64,000 bases of DNA from Candidatus Oxydemutator sp. (GTDB lineage Bacteria; Pseudomonadota; Gammaproteobacteria; Poriferisulfidales; Oxydemutatoraceae). The notes under the pieces were generated by a model. It was not told the origin of the DNA. It ran no database searches and saw only the letters and a program-made list of their open reading frames with translations. Every line of letters begins with the position of its first letter. Positions within the stretch are counted from its first letter, which is position 1. Shown here piece after piece: positions 9,061-20,035 of this stretch. The stretch lies in NCBI GenBank assembly GCA_965203445.1, contig OZ241883.1, forward strand, positions 1,792,001 to 1,856,000, read 5' to 3'. The position numbers were made by a program, and so were the translations under genes.

Positions 9061-10037
9061 GATACCGCCTCCGGGTTGTGACTGTGTTCGCCGACTTCGT
9101 AGGGTTGCGGCGCGATGGTCAACGGCGGGCCGTCCGGCGCGCCGGCATGCAATGGATCGCCTGTGGCGGCGATTCTCAGCACCGCGAGGCCGGGGGAGAC
9201 GCCGCCCGGCACCGCGCAGAAGTTCACGATCCGGCCGCAAGGTTCGGTTTGTTTCTCGCTGAAGACCGCATCGCCCGGATCGAGTTCGCGCGCCTCGCTT
9301 GCAAACAGATACATCCGACGCTTCAGTTTGCCGAGGTAGTGGGTGCGGGCGACGATCTCCTGTCCCGGATAACAGCCCTTGCTGAAACTGACGCCCCCCA
9401 ACAGGTCCACGTTCGCCATCTGCGGCACAAACTGCTCGCTGGTCGCGTCACAGACGTGCGGGACGCCCGAGCGAACGTCGCAAAGGCGCCAATAATCGCG
9501 GTTCGTCGCCCGGTATCCTCGCGCGGTCGCGTCCCGCCACAGCCGGATCAGGGTTTCGTCGGGCGCGAACACCACAAACCGCCCGCCGCCCGTGGCTGGC
9601 ACGCGGGCCGCGGCGCTCGCGAAGACGTCGTCGCCCGACGCATCCACCCCGACGACGCCGAAGGCCGGAAGCCGCTCGCTTGCGTCTTCGAGCTCGACCT
9701 TGGCCCGCAGCACGAACATCGAAAGGCGCTTCATGACCGGTGCTACGCGCTCGCGCGGCATCTGTAGATACCAGGCGCCACTTTTGCGAAAGGCTGAGAA
9801 GAGGCAGTACATGCGCCCCTTCGGGTTGCACAGCGCCGCCAGTCTGCTTTCATTTTCCGCCATCGCGCGCAGGTCGTTGCTGGCCTGGTTGTGCAGGAAG
9901 TCCTCGGCGTCTTCGCCGCCGACCTTCAGCAGGCCCAGGTGATCGAGTGGGCAGACGACGGGCGCGTCGCCCGCCGCGTCTTCGGCGCCGCCGATTTTGG
10001 GCAGCGTCTCGTCGCCGATGAACTCAGCCCAGCGCAT
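9057..10037 (-). CDS. ygfZ: Folate-binding Fe-S repair protein YgfZ
   Basis: GcvT-like N-terminus ([14 protein letters not shown]) and signature KGCYPGQE. Confidence 0.93.
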   Translation of the reverse strand: MRWAEFIGDETLPKIGGAEDAAGDAPVVCPLDHLGLLKVGGEDAEDFLHNQASNDLRAMAENESRLAALCNPKGRMYCLFSAFRKSGAWYLQMPRERVAPVMKRLSMFVLRAKVELEDASERLPAFGVVGVDASGDDVFASAAARVPATGGGRFVVFAPDETLIRLWRDATARGYRATNRDYWRLCDVRSGVPHVCDATSEQFVPQMANVDLLGGVSFSKGCYPGQEIVARTHYLGKLKRRMYLFASEARELDPGDAVFSEKQTEPCGRIVNFCAVPGGVSPGLAVLRIAATGDPLHAGAPDGPPLTIAPQPYEVGEHSHNPEAVS

Positions 10038-12792
10038 CGAACGTCGCCAGTTGCTTGTGGTATTTGTCGAGTTGCCCTTGCAGGGCCTCGGCCTGCACGT
10101 GCTGTTTTCTTACGACCTCGGGCGGCGCCTTGTCGAGGAAGTTGCGGTCGGCCAGCCGCGTGCGCGCGTGTTGCAGGGTTTGTTCGACCTTCGTAATCTC
10201 TTTTCGCAGGCGCACGGTTTCCGCCTCGACGTTGACCAGACCTTCGATGGGAATCAGTATTTTGGCCTCGCCGGCGAGCGCGATTGCGGCCGGCGGAGTT
10301 CCGGCGTCGGGCGCCAGCCACGCGACGGACTCGATCTTTGCAAGCGCCGCGATCCAGTCGCCGCAATCGTCGAACAACGCGCGGTCTTGCCCGTCCCAGT
10401 TTTGCAGCAGCACCGGCACGCCGATGCGCGGCGCGACGTTCATCTCCGAGCGCAGTTGGCGGATCGCGGTAACAAACGTTTGCAGGCGCGCCATCCGCCG
10501 TTCGGCTTCGGCGTCGCGCGCGACTTCTTCGGGGCGCGGGTAGGGGCGATTTTGGATGCCGTCTTCGGCGAGGCTCGCGAGCGGCTTGATCTGGCCCCAG
10601 ATCTCCTCGGTGATGAACGGGATGATCGGGTGCAGCATGCGCAGGCCGGTTTCGAGCGTCTCGATGACGCAGCGCAGATTGGCGCGGCGGTTTTCCTCCT
10701 CGTCCCGGTTGTCGGTCTGGATGATTTTCGTGATCTCCAAGTACCAATCGCAGAAGTCGTGCCAGATAAACTGGTGCATCACGGCGGCGATCAGGTCGAA
10801 ACGATATTCCGCGAACCGCTGCGCGGTTTCGGCGAGCGTCGCGTGCAGGCGCGAGCGAATCCAGCGGTCGGCCAGCGTGCCGTGATCGTCCCGCTCCGAG
10901 GCCGGGTGCGCCGGCCGCGGGCCGAGCATCAATACAAAACGCGCCGCGTTCCACAGTTTGTTGCAGAAGTTGCGGTAGCCCTCGATCCGGTGCACGTCGA
11001 ACTTGACGTCGCGCCCGGTCGAGGCCAGCGCGGCGAACGTGAAACGCAGCGCGTCGGCGCCGTAGGCCTGGATGCCGTCGGGAAAGTCGCGGCGCGTCTG
11101 GCGCTCGATGTCCTTCGCCATGTCGGGCTGCATCAGGTCGGCGCCGCGCTTGGCGACGAGCGCCTCGACGCCGATGCCGTCTATCAGATCTATCGGATCG
11201 AGGACGTTGCCTTTCGATTTCGACATTTTGCGTCCGTCGGCGTCGCGCACCAGGCCGTGCACGTAGACCTCGCAAAACGGCACCTCGCCGGTGAACTTCA
11301 AACCCGCCATGATCATCCGCGCGATCCAGAAGAAGAGGATGTCGAAGCCGGTCACGAGCACGCTGGTCGGATAGAAGGTGCGCATCTCGGCGGTGCGTTC
11401 CGGCCAGCCCAACGTCGAGAACGGCCACAGCGCCGACGAGAACCACGTGTCGAGCACGTCTGTATCGCGCGTAAGCGCGACGTCGTCGGCGAGCCGGTGG
11501 CGCTCGCGCGCGGCCCGTTCGGAGTCGGCGACGTACACGTTGCCGTCCCCGTCGTACCAGGCCGGGATGCGGTGTCCCCACCACAGTTGCCGGCTGATGC
11601 ACCAGTCCTGAACCTCGTTCATCCATTCAAACCAGGTCTTCTCCCAGCGTTTCGGCACGAAGCGGATGCGTCCGGCGCGCACCGCGTCGCGCGCCGGCGC
11701 CGCCAGCGGTTCGACGCGGACGAACCACTGGTCGGTCAGATACGGTTCGATTACCGCGCCGCTGCGGTCGCCGCGCGGCACCGCGTGCCGGTGCGCGTCC
11801 TCGCGCTCGAGCAGGCCCGCCGCGCGCAGATCTTCGAGCACGCGGCGGCGCGCCTCGAAGCGGTCGAGTCCGCGGTAGGCGGCGGGCGCGGCCTCGCCCA
11901 AGGTCGCGTCCTCGCGCAACAGGTTGATCATCGCAAGCTTGTGGCGCAGGCCGACCTCGTAGTCGTTGAAGTCGTGCGCCGGCGTGATCTTGACGCAGCC
12001 GGAACCGAACTCCGGGTCCACGTAATCGTCGGCAATCAGCGGGATCTCGCGCGCGCACAGCGGCAGCGACAACGCGCGTCCGACCATGCCGCGGTAGCGC
12101 TCGTCCTCGGGATGCACCGCGACCGCGGTGTCGCCCAGCATCGTCTCCGGGCGCGTCGTCGCGACGACGACGTGGCCGTGGCCGTCGGCGAACGGGTAGC
12201 GGACGTGCCACAGGTGTCCGTCCTCCTCTTCGGCCACGACCTCCAGATCGGAGACCGCGGTCTTCAGCACCGGATCCCAGTTGACCAGCCGCTTGCCGCG
12301 ATAGATCAGGCCCTCGTCGTAGAGCGTAACGAACGCCCGGCGCACCGCGCGCGACATGTCCTCGTCCATCGTGAAGCGCTCGCGGCTCCAGTCCAGCGAC
12401 GCGCCGAGACGCCGCAACTGGCGCGTGATCGTGCCCCCGGAGCGACGCTTCCATTCCCAGACTTTGGCGACGAAGGCGTCGCGCCCCAGTTCGATCCGCG
12501 ATAGATTTTCGGCCTCGAGGCGTCTTTCGACGACCATCTGCGTGGCGATGCCGGCGTGGTCGGTGCCGACCTGCCACAGCACGTTGTCGCCCGACATGCG
12601 CCGGTGGCGGATCAGGCAGTCCATCAGCGTAATCTGAAAGGCGTGCCCCATGTGCAGCGTGCCGGTCACGTTCGGCGGCGGTATCATGATGCAGTAAGGC
12701 TTGCCACGACCGCTCGGGGCGAACAGACCGCGCGTCTCCCACTCCTCGTACCAGCGCTGTTCTATCTCCGCCGGGGAATACCTCTTTTCCAC
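10024..12792 (-). CDS. valS: Valine--tRNA ligase
   Basis: [31 protein letters not shown]-terminal coiled-coil arm. Confidence 0.98.
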   Translation of the reverse strand: MEKRYSPAEIEQRWYEEWETRGLFAPSGRGKPYCIMIPPPNVTGTLHMGHAFQITLMDCLIRHRRMSGDNVLWQVGTDHAGIATQMVVERRLEAENLSRIELGRDAFVAKVWEWKRRSGGTITRQLRRLGASLDWSRERFTMDEDMSRAVRRAFVTLYDEGLIYRGKRLVNWDPVLKTAVSDLEVVAEEEDGHLWHVRYPFADGHGHVVVATTRPETMLGDTAVAVHPEDERYRGMVGRALSLPLCAREIPLIADDYVDPEFGSGCVKITPAHDFNDYEVGLRHKLAMINLLREDATLGEAAPAAYRGLDRFEARRRVLEDLRAAGLLEREDAHRHAVPRGDRSGAVIEPYLTDQWFVRVEPLAAPARDAVRAGRIRFVPKRWEKTWFEWMNEVQDWCISRQLWWGHRIPAWYDGDGNVYVADSERAARERHRLADDVALTRDTDVLDTWFSSALWPFSTLGWPERTAEMRTFYPTSVLVTGFDILFFWIARMIMAGLKFTGEVPFCEVYVHGLVRDADGRKMSKSKGNVLDPIDLIDGIGVEALVAKRGADLMQPDMAKDIERQTRRDFPDGIQAYGADALRFTFAALASTGRDVKFDVHRIEGYRNFCNKLWNAARFVLMLGPRPAHPASERDDHGTLADRWIRSRLHATLAETAQRFAEYRFDLIAAVMHQFIWHDFCDWYLEITKIIQTDNRDEEENRRANLRCVIETLETGLRMLHPIIPFITEEIWGQIKPLASLAEDGIQNRPYPRPEEVARDAEAERRMARLQTFVTAIRQLRSEMNVAPRIGVPVLLQNWDGQDRALFDDCGDWIAALAKIESVAWLAPDAGTPPAAIALAGEAKILIPIEGLVNVEAETVRLRKEITKVEQTLQHARTRLADRNFLDKAPPEVVRKQHVQAEALQGQLDKYHKQLATFDALG

Positions 12793-12881
12793 GATTTTAG
12801 AATATTTTAGACGCTTTTATAGTATTTTTCGCAGACAAAGCCGAGGCACAGCACCGCGGCGCCGTGCCAGCCTGTAAGCGA

Positions 12882-12915
12882 CCCGCAAGTTACCCCGCAA
12901 GTTACCCCGCAAGTT
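12882..12915. repeat. 12-bp tandem repeat (CCCGCAAGTTAC x about 3) over the pepA stop
   Basis: Directly visible; it duplicates the last codons plus TAA of pepA. Confidence 0.85.
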
Positions 12916-14401
12916 GTGTCGCGCGCTCTCGTTTCAGCAAAAACTCGGTCAACAACGGTACCGGCCTGCCGGTCGAGCCTTTGCTCTTGCCGGTGTACCA
13001 GGCGACGCCGGCGACGTCCAGGTGCGCCCACCGTTGCCCTTTTGCGAAGCGCGACAGAAAGCACGCGGCCGTGATCGTGCCGGCCCAGCGCCCGCCGATG
13101 TTGGCCATATCGGCGAAGTTGCTGTCGAGTTGCGCCTGGTATTCGTCCCACATCGGCAGTTGCCACGTGCGGTCGCCGCTGGTCTCGCCGGCTTCGACCA
13201 GCTCGTCGGCGAGCGCCTGATCGTTCGCCATCAGGCCGCTCGCCTCGTTGCCGAGCGCGACGACGCAGGCGCCGGTCAGGGTCGCCGTGTCCACGATGCA
13301 CTCCGGCTTGTAGCGCTGCCCGACGTAGGTCAGCGCGTCGCACAACACCAGGCGCCCTTCGGCGTCGGTGTTCAAAATCTCGACCGTCTGTTTCGACATC
13401 GTCTTGACCACGTCGCCGGGTCTGCACGCCTGGCCGCCGGGCATGTTCTCGGCGCACGCGAGCACGCCGACGACGTTCAGTTTCAGGCGCAGTCGCGCAC
13501 AGGCCACGAGCGTGCCGAGCACGGCCGCGGCGCCGCTCATGTCGAACTTCATCTCGTCCATCGCCGGGCTGGGCTTTATCGAAATGCCGCCGGTGTCGAA
13601 CGTGATGCCCTTGCCGACGAGCGCGATCGGGCGCCGCCGCGCGTCGCCGCGATACTCGATGCAGATCATCTTCGACGGATGGCGGCTGCCGTGGCCGACC
13701 GCGAGGAACGCGCCCATGCCGAGGCGCTCCATGCTGCTTTCGCCGACCACGCGCACCCTGAGTCGGGTGGAGGCGCTCGCCGCTTCGCGCGCGCGCAGGG
13801 ACATGTAGCCCGGCGTGCATTTGTTGGGCGGCAGGTCGGCCAATTCGCGCGCGAGGTCGACGCCGCGCGCGATGGCCGCGGCGTCTTCGATCGCGGCATG
13901 CGCACGTTTGGCGTCGCCGACGTGGAACGTGCACTTTTCGATGCCCGGTGCGGCGCTCTTTTTCCTGCCCTTGATGGCGCCGCGCGTCGCGTGGTAGCGG
14001 TAGCAGGCGTGGTGCAGCGCGTCCGCCAGCTGGCGCGTGCTCCAGTAGTCGTCCTTGAGCGCGACGTCGGTGAAGCAATAGACTACGGACGCCGGCTTCA
14101 GCGCGACCGCGGCGCGCGCCACGGTGCGCGCGACGCGGTGGAAGCGCTGCTCGCGCCATTCGCCGTGTTTGCCGAGGCCGACGAGGATGATCGTCTTGCG
14201 GCGCGGGTGGCGCGTGTGCAGCACTATGGTCTTGTTGAAGTCCGCGCTGAACCCGGCATTGTGCGCGGCCTTGGCCAGAAAGCCGCCGGTGGCCTCGTCT
14301 ATGGCGTCGAACGCGCGCGAACGGCGCCGTGTGAACAGGGGTATAATGCTGCACGCGGCCGACAGTTTCCCCGGATCTGTTGTAGTGGCTGTAATCTCCA
14401 T
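12902..14401 (-). CDS. pepA: Leucyl aminopeptidase (M17)
   Basis: VGKGITFDTGGISIK, MKFDM, NTDAEGRL motifs; divergent from lptF as in the conserved locus. Confidence 0.95.
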   Translation of the reverse strand: MEITATTTDPGKLSAACSIIPLFTRRRSRAFDAIDEATGGFLAKAAHNAGFSADFNKTIVLHTRHPRRKTIILVGLGKHGEWREQRFHRVARTVARAAVALKPASVVYCFTDVALKDDYWSTRQLADALHHACYRYHATRGAIKGRKKSAAPGIEKCTFHVGDAKRAHAAIEDAAAIARGVDLARELADLPPNKCTPGYMSLRAREAASASTRLRVRVVGESSMERLGMGAFLAVGHGSRHPSKMICIEYRGDARRRPIALVGKGITFDTGGISIKPSPAMDEMKFDMSGAAAVLGTLVACARLRLKLNVVGVLACAENMPGGQACRPGDVVKTMSKQTVEILNTDAEGRLVLCDALTYVGQRYKPECIVDTATLTGACVVALGNEASGLMANDQALADELVEAGETSGDRTWQLPMWDEYQAQLDSNFADMANIGGRWAGTITAACFLSRFAKGQRWAHLDVAGVAWYTGKSKGSTGRPVPLLTEFLLKRERATQLAG

Positions 14402-14494
14402 AGTTCAGGTTTCCTGCGTTGGGTTGGAAAGGTTCAAAAGCAAAGACTATTCTACCCCGATATGTCCCGAAAGGGGGCGAAGGGCCGCGCCGCC

Positions 14495-15580
14495 ATGACG
14501 ATTTTTGAGCGCTATTTTTTCCGCGACCTGGTGGCGAACCTGGTCGCGGTTACTTCGGTGTTGACGCTGATCACGGCCGGACGATTGCTGATTACGCTGT
14601 TCGACAAGGTCGCCGCGGGCAGCTATCCGGCGGACGTCGTGCTGCCGCTGTTGGGGTTGGGCTGCCTCGATTGGATCGTGCAGATGCTGCCGTTCGGAGC
14701 GATGATCGCGGCGTTGCTGGTGCTCGGACGCTACTACCGCGACAATGAGATCTACGCCGCGTTCTCGATACGCGTAAGCCACTGGCGCATCCTTGCGACG
14801 TTGATGCGCGTCGGCGTGCCGCTCGCGCTGTTGCTGCTCTACCTCCTGATGAACGTACTGCCGCAGGCGCGCCAGCAGTTCGAGTTCATCAAGGAGTCCG
14901 GCAAGCAGCGCATGGACGTGGGCGCGGTCGAGAGTGGGCGTTTTATCGAGACCGACGACGGTGTGCTGTTCGTTGCCCGGCGCGCCGAAGATTCGGTCGC
15001 GGGCGTGTTCGTCGCGGTGCGCCGCGACGGCCATTGGACGATAGAGACCGCGGCCACCGGCGCGCAGCGCGAGTCCGCCGACGGGCGTCGCTGGCTCGAG
15101 TTGCAGGACGGGCGTTTTTACGAGGGCGCGCCCGGGCGCGGCGAGTTTGTGGTGTCGTCGTACCGCAAGCATTCGGTGTTGCTGCCTCGGCGCGTCACCG
15201 AGTGGGACGCCGACGATCCAGACATGCTCGGTTTTGCGGCGCTGTGGGCGTCGCCGTTGCCCGAGCACCGGGCCGAGTTGCAATGGCGTTTGTCGGTGCC
15301 GCTTTCGCTGCTGCTGTTGCTGCTGCTGGCCGAACCGCTGAGCCGCGTCGCGCCGCGCCGCGGTCATCTGCAACTGGCCGCGGCCATCGTCCTGTTTCTG
15401 ATCTATGCGAACGTGTTGACGCTGCTGACCGGCATGATTGCGGCCGGGCGCGCGCCGCCGCTGCCCGGCGTGTGGCCGGCGCACTTGGCGGTGTTGGCGC
15501 TCGCGCTGCTGCTTTGGCGGCGCCGGCGTCCGTGGTTCGCGCGCGCGTCGCGCCCGTCACCGGGCGGGAGCACGGCGTGA
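14495..15580 (+). CDS. lptF: LPS export permease LptF
   Basis: MTIFERYFFRDL..., GRYYRDNEI, AELQWRLSVPL; synteny pepA-lptF-lptG. Confidence 0.9.
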   Translation: MTIFERYFFRDLVANLVAVTSVLTLITAGRLLITLFDKVAAGSYPADVVLPLLGLGCLDWIVQMLPFGAMIAALLVLGRYYRDNEIYAAFSIRVSHWRILATLMRVGVPLALLLLYLLMNVLPQARQQFEFIKESGKQRMDVGAVESGRFIETDDGVLFVARRAEDSVAGVFVAVRRDGHWTIETAATGAQRESADGRRWLELQDGRFYEGAPGRGEFVVSSYRKHSVLLPRRVTEWDADDPDMLGFAALWASPLPEHRAELQWRLSVPLSLLLLLLLAEPLSRVAPRRGHLQLAAAIVLFLIYANVLTLLTGMIAAGRAPPLPGVWPAHLAVLALALLLWRRRRPWFARASRPSPGGSTA

Positions 15581-16650
15581 AGCTGGTGGATCTCTATCTG
15601 GGGCGCGCCCTGATAGCCGGCGCGGCGCTGGCGTTGCTCGCGCTGGTCGCGATAGACGGCGTGATCAAGTTGGTGGACGAGGTCGCCGACGTAGGCCACG
15701 GCTACACCTTGGGCGACGCGCTGTGTCACACCGGACTGACGTTGGTCGCAAGTATCTACGAGCTGCTGCCGGTGGCGGTGCTGATCGGCGGCGTCGTCAG
15801 TCTCGGCAATCTGGCGGCGCAATCGGAGTTGGTCGCGTTTCGCGCGCTGCGCTATTCGCGCGCGCGCATCACCGCGTCGGTGCTGATGACCGGCGCCGTG
15901 CTGATGGCGGCGACTTTTGCGCTGGGCGAGCTCGCGGTGCCGGCCGCGGCGGCCAAGGCGCACGCCATCAAGGATGGGCGCGCGTCGGATCGGATCGCGG
16001 GCGGCGACGGGTGGCTGCGCGACGGCGCGCATTTCATATACATGGAAGAGGCGCTTGGCGACGACTCGTTCGCCGGCGTTACGATGTATCAACTGAACGA
16101 CGAGTATCATCTTGCGCGCATCGTCGAGGCGCGACGCGCCGTCGCGCGCGGGCGCGAGTGGCGGCTCGCCGGCGCGACCGTGAGCGAACTGCACGACGGG
16201 CACGTCGAGATCGAGCGCCACGAACACTTTGTGCTGCCGCGCGCGCTGCCCGAGGGTGCCGGGGGCGTCGGCGCAGCGCCTGTGCGCCGCTCGGAGTTGT
16301 CGCGGATGAACGTTTTGCAACTGGCGGACTACATAGAGTTTTTGCGCGCGAGCGACCTGCCGAGCGGGGCCCAGGAACTGGCCTTGTGGACCCGTTTCAG
16401 CGCGGCCCTGGCGACGCTCGTGATGCTGCTGCTGGCGATGCCGTGGTTGTTCTTTTCGACGCGCAGCGCCGCCGCCGGCAAGCGCCTGTTCTTTGCGATA
16501 GTAGTCGGCCTGGTCTATATGATCGGCAGCCGCGTCATCGGTGACGCGGCCATCATCTATCGCCTCCCGCCCGTGTCAGGCGCGTTTCTGCCCATCCTGC
16601 TGTTCGCCGCGATCGGCGTCTGGTGGATCAGGCGCTCGCGCTTCGCCTGA
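15577..16650 (+). CDS. lptG: LPS export permease LptG
   Basis: GTG start overlaps the lptF stop; LGNLAAQSELVA, GWLRDG; six-TM pattern. Confidence 0.9.
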   Translation: MKLVDLYLGRALIAGAALALLALVAIDGVIKLVDEVADVGHGYTLGDALCHTGLTLVASIYELLPVAVLIGGVVSLGNLAAQSELVAFRALRYSRARITASVLMTGAVLMAATFALGELAVPAAAAKAHAIKDGRASDRIAGGDGWLRDGAHFIYMEEALGDDSFAGVTMYQLNDEYHLARIVEARRAVARGREWRLAGATVSELHDGHVEIERHEHFVLPRALPEGAGGVGAAPVRRSELSRMNVLQLADYIEFLRASDLPSGAQELALWTRFSAALATLVMLLLAMPWLFFSTRSAAAGKRLFFAIVVGLVYMIGSRVIGDAAIIYRLPPVSGAFLPILLFAAIGVWWIRRSRFA

Positions 16651-17094
16651 GGCGGCGGCCGCGACGCTGCTGGCGCGCCCGATTCTGACTATGCGGCTTC
16701 TCGACAGACGGTCGTGCCAGGTAAGCCGCCGGTCGTCGAAAATCGCCCAGAGGAAGCCGCCGGCCAGGGGCGCCCACGACAGTACCGCCGCCGCCGAACG
16801 CACCAGCGCCGTCCGCCAGCCGATGGCTTCGCCGTCGTCGCCGACGACGCATATACGCCATATCTTCATGCCGGGCGTCTGCCCGCCGTGCGTCCAGAAC
16901 CACGCGAAATAGAACACCGCCAGCGCGTAAACGTATGCGACGTGGAGCGGGTAGAGCGCGTGGCGCGGCGTGACGCCGGCGACCGCCCACGGCAGCGACG
17001 CCAGCAACAGCGCCGCTGTGACGAGTATCGTGTCGTACGCAATCGCCGCGAGGCGGCGCGCCAAGCCGGGGCCTCGCTCGTACTCCTGTGGCAT
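16576..17094 (-). CDS. RDD family membrane protein
   Basis: RRLAAIAYD, GQTPGMKIWRI, WHDRLS motifs. Confidence 0.88.
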   Translation of the reverse strand: MPQEYERGPGLARRLAAIAYDTILVTAALLLASLPWAVAGVTPRHALYPLHVAYVYALAVFYFAWFWTHGGQTPGMKIWRICVVGDDGEAIGWRTALVRSAAAVLSWAPLAGGFLWAIFDDRRLTWHDRLSRSRIVRIGRASSVAAAASGEARAPDPPDADRGEQQDGQKRA

Positions 17095-17104
17095 AATTCC
17101 GCGC

Positions 17105-18070
17105 ATGAGCAAAGTGTCTTCGTCCGCACCGTCCGCGTTTTTGCCGGGTTCGCGCGTCGCCGCCGCGACGTTGTCGCAGCAGGACCGTAGTTTAATCGAG
17201 AGCTTTGTCCACGGCATGTTCTCGCAGCGCGGGTTGTCGCGCAACACGCTGGCGGCCTACCGCCGCGATGTGACCGCTTTTGGCGCGTGGCTGCACGCGC
17301 GCGGCGCGGGCCTGGCCGGCGTCGGCACGGGCGACGTCAGGGAGTATCTCGCGGCCCGGGTCGAGCGCGGCTACGCTGCCGGTTCCAACGCGCGTTGGCT
17401 GTCGTCGCTGCGCGGGTTCTGCGCGTGGATGGTGCGCGAGAAACACGTCGCCGCCAATCCGTGCGCGTGCATTGCGTCGCCGAAACTCGGTCGCAAGCTG
17501 CCTTCGGTGTTGCGCGAGGGCGAGGTCGAGCGGCTGCTCGAGGCGCCGGACGTCGCCACCGCGCAGGGGATGCGCGACAAGGCGATGCTCGAACTGCTCT
17601 ACGCCGGCGGCCTGCGCGTGTCCGAACTGGTCGGCCTTACGTTCTCGCAGTTGTTTTTGGACGAGGGCTACGTCCGGATCACCGGCAAGGGTCGCAAGGA
17701 GAGGCTGGTGCCGGTGGGCGAGCAGGCGTGCGAATGGCTGCAACGCTACTTCGCCGACGCGCGCCCGGCGCTGTTGGCGGGGCGGGGCGACTGCGAACAG
17801 GTGTTCCTCTCGAAGCGCGGGCGCGGCATGACGCGGCAGACCTTCTGGCACGCGCTGAAGGGGCTGGCGCGCAAGGCCGGTATCCGCAAACAGTTGTCGC
17901 CGCATACGCTTCGCCACGCCTTCGCAACCCACCTGCTCGACCACGGCGCCGATCTGCGCGTCGTGCAGATGTTGCTCGGCCACGGCGATCTTTCGACGAC
18001 GCAAATCTATACGCACGTGGCGAACCGGCGCTTGCAGGAGCTGCACCGCGCGCACCATCCGAGGGGCTGA
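17105..18070 (+). CDS. xerD: Site-specific tyrosine recombinase XerD
   Basis: GLSRNTLAAYRRD, RDKAMLELLYAGGLRVSEL, HTLRHAFATHLL, LGH..LSTTQIY; upstream of dsbC. Start uncertain. Confidence 0.93.
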   Translation: MSKVSSSAPSAFLPGSRVAAATLSQQDRSLIESFVHGMFSQRGLSRNTLAAYRRDVTAFGAWLHARGAGLAGVGTGDVREYLAARVERGYAAGSNARWLSSLRGFCAWMVREKHVAANPCACIASPKLGRKLPSVLREGEVERLLEAPDVATAQGMRDKAMLELLYAGGLRVSELVGLTFSQLFLDEGYVRITGKGRKERLVPVGEQACEWLQRYFADARPALLAGRGDCEQVFLSKRGRGMTRQTFWHALKGLARKAGIRKQLSPHTLRHAFATHLLDHGADLRVVQMLLGHGDLSTTQIYTHVANRRLQELHRAHHPRG

Positions 18071-18081
18071 GGCCTCCGGGA

Positions 18082-18110
18082 TTGAAATGAGTTGAAATGA
18101 GTTGAAATCA
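18082..18110 (+). repeat. 10-bp direct repeat TTGAAATGAG x3 immediately before the dsbC start
   Basis: attgaaatga gttgaaatga gttgaaatca ATG. Confidence 0.85.
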
Positions 18111-18838
18111 TGCACAAAAAAATTCTCATCGCTTCCATTGTTCTCGTTGCTCTTGTCTTACAGCAGGGCGACGGCGGATCGCTGCTCGCGCCGCCCGCCG
18201 CCGCCGGCGAGAAGGAGATACGCGAAAGGCTGAAGCGGGCGCTGCCCGACGCCGGCGGACTTTCCATCGCGCGGACGCCGCTGCCGGGGATCTACCGCGT
18301 CATCCACGGCACCGAAGTTTTCTACGCGAGCGAGGACGGCAGATACCTGATGCAGGGCAGTCTCTATGATCTCGAAAACGGCAAAGACCTGACCGAGGCT
18401 AGCGCCGCCGAGATCCGCAAAGAACGGCTGGCGTCGCTCGGCAGCCGCATGATCACGTTTCCGGCGTCCAACCAGCGCTATGAAGTAACGGTGCTGACCG
18501 ACGTCACCTGCGGTTACTGCCGGCGTTTTCACAACCACCGGCGCGAGTTGGGCGACCTGGGCATCACCGTGCATTACCTGCTGACGCCGCTGTTGGGCGA
18601 CAAGGCGCGCAAGGACGCCGTCAGCGTCTGGTGCGCCCGCGACCGCAACGCCGCGCTGACCGCGGCCAAACAGGGGCGCGCGGTGCCGGAGAAAACCTGC
18701 GAGACGCCGATAGAGAGCAACCTGCGGCTGATGGAATCGTTCAAGGTGCGCGGCACCCCCGCCATCATCCTGGCCGACGGCACGCTGATACGAGGCTACG
18801 TCGAACCCAAGGAATTGCTGAGGCGGTTGCAGCGGTAA
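18110..18838 (+). CDS. dsbC: Thiol:disulfide isomerase DsbC
   Basis: Signal peptide, dimerisation domain, TDVTCGYC, GTPA. Confidence 0.9.
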   Translation: MHKKILIASIVLVALVLQQGDGGSLLAPPAAAGEKEIRERLKRALPDAGGLSIARTPLPGIYRVIHGTEVFYASEDGRYLMQGSLYDLENGKDLTEASAAEIRKERLASLGSRMITFPASNQRYEVTVLTDVTCGYCRRFHNHRRELGDLGITVHYLLTPLLGDKARKDAVSVWCARDRNAALTAAKQGRAVPEKTCETPIESNLRLMESFKVRGTPAIILADGTLIRGYVEPKELLRRLQR

Positions 18839-18882
18839 AACGGTTGCAGTGGTAAGAGACTTGTGTAGGGGCTTGTAACGAC

Positions 18883-20028
18883 GTGCCTGCAAAGCGGCTG
18901 TTCTTTACATCCCTGCAAATGCGCGGCTGGCGCAATTTCAAGGGCCCCGTCGACATGGACTTGCGCCGGCGGGTGTTCCTAATCGGGCCGAATGCATCGG
19001 GCAAATCCAACATCTTAGACGCTTTCCGGTTTCTACGGGACGTCGCCGCGGATGGTCTGGATAAAGCGGTCGCGGCGCGCGGCGGCGTGGCGCAGATACG
19101 CACGTTGCAGGCGACCAACCCTGCCGGCATTGAGCTTGCCGTCGAGGTGGGGAACGACGATGCGCCGGATACGTGGAGTTATCGGCTTCGCTTTCGCAAT
19201 CGTTCAAAGGAACACTTCCCAAGAGTCGACGAGGAGGAAGCCCGCCACAACGGCGCAGTCGTTCTTAAGCGGCCTGATGAGGAGGATAAGAAAGATCCTG
19301 CTCGACGTAAGCAGACGCACCTCGAGCAGATTTCCGCGAATCGTGAATTTCGCGGGCTGAGCGAGTTTCTGCAATCTATCCGTTACCTCCACGTCGTCCC
19401 GCACCTGGTGCGCGACCCCGAGCGATCCGTCGGCAGGCGCGACGATCCATACGGCGGCGACTTTTTGGAAACAGTGGCTGCCACCCCGGAAAAGACGCGC
19501 GACGCACGCTTGAGCAAGATCAACGGGGCATTAAAAATCGCAATTCCCCAATTTGAAAGCTTGCAGCTGCATCGGGATGATCGTGGGCGCCCACATTTGG
19601 AAGCCCGTTTCAACCACTGGCGGCACCGCGACGCCAAACAATACGAACCTGCGTTCTCGGATGGCGTTTTGCGCCTCATCGGGCTGCTCTGGTCTCTGGC
19701 GGAAGGCGGCGGGCCGTTGCTGCTGGAGGAGCCGGAGCTCAGCCTCCACGACTCCCTGGTGCGTCGCCTGCCCGGCATGATGGCGCGGATGCACGTGAAA
19801 TCAGGCCGCCAGGTCCTGATTACCACGCACTCTTCGGCCATGCTCGCAGACGAGGGTATCGGCCTCGACGAGGTGCACGTTCTGCTCCCCGACGATCAGG
19901 GTACCAAAGTCAAAGTCGGCGGAAGCGATAAGGAGGTTCGGGCAATGGTCGAGGAAGGCGGACTGTCCATCGGCGATGCTCTTTTGCCCAAGGCCGCCCC
20001 CAAAGGCGCTCACGATTTCGGTTTCTGA
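18883..20028 (+). CDS. ABC-type/AAA_21 ATPase (SMC/OLD-like)
   Basis: WRNF, GPNASGKSN Walker A, SDG signature, LLLEEPE Walker B, ITTHS. Confidence 0.88.
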   Translation: MPAKRLFFTSLQMRGWRNFKGPVDMDLRRRVFLIGPNASGKSNILDAFRFLRDVAADGLDKAVAARGGVAQIRTLQATNPAGIELAVEVGNDDAPDTWSYRLRFRNRSKEHFPRVDEEEARHNGAVVLKRPDEEDKKDPARRKQTHLEQISANREFRGLSEFLQSIRYLHVVPHLVRDPERSVGRRDDPYGGDFLETVAATPEKTRDARLSKINGALKIAIPQFESLQLHRDDRGRPHLEARFNHWRHRDAKQYEPAFSDGVLRLIGLLWSLAEGGGPLLLEEPELSLHDSLVRRLPGMMARMHVKSGRQVLITTHSSAMLADEGIGLDEVHVLLPDDQGTKVKVGGSDKEVRAMVEEGGLSIGDALLPKAAPKGAHDFGF

Positions 20029-20035
20029 CGTATTG

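Noticed and set aside
17105-18070. Tyrosine recombinase as the integrase of the downstream island
   Set aside because: The sequence and the xerD-dsbC context identify it as housekeeping XerD.
18082-18110. TTGAAAT repeats resembling CRISPR repeat ends
   Set aside because: The units are contiguous 10-mers with no spacers, and there are no cas genes in the window.
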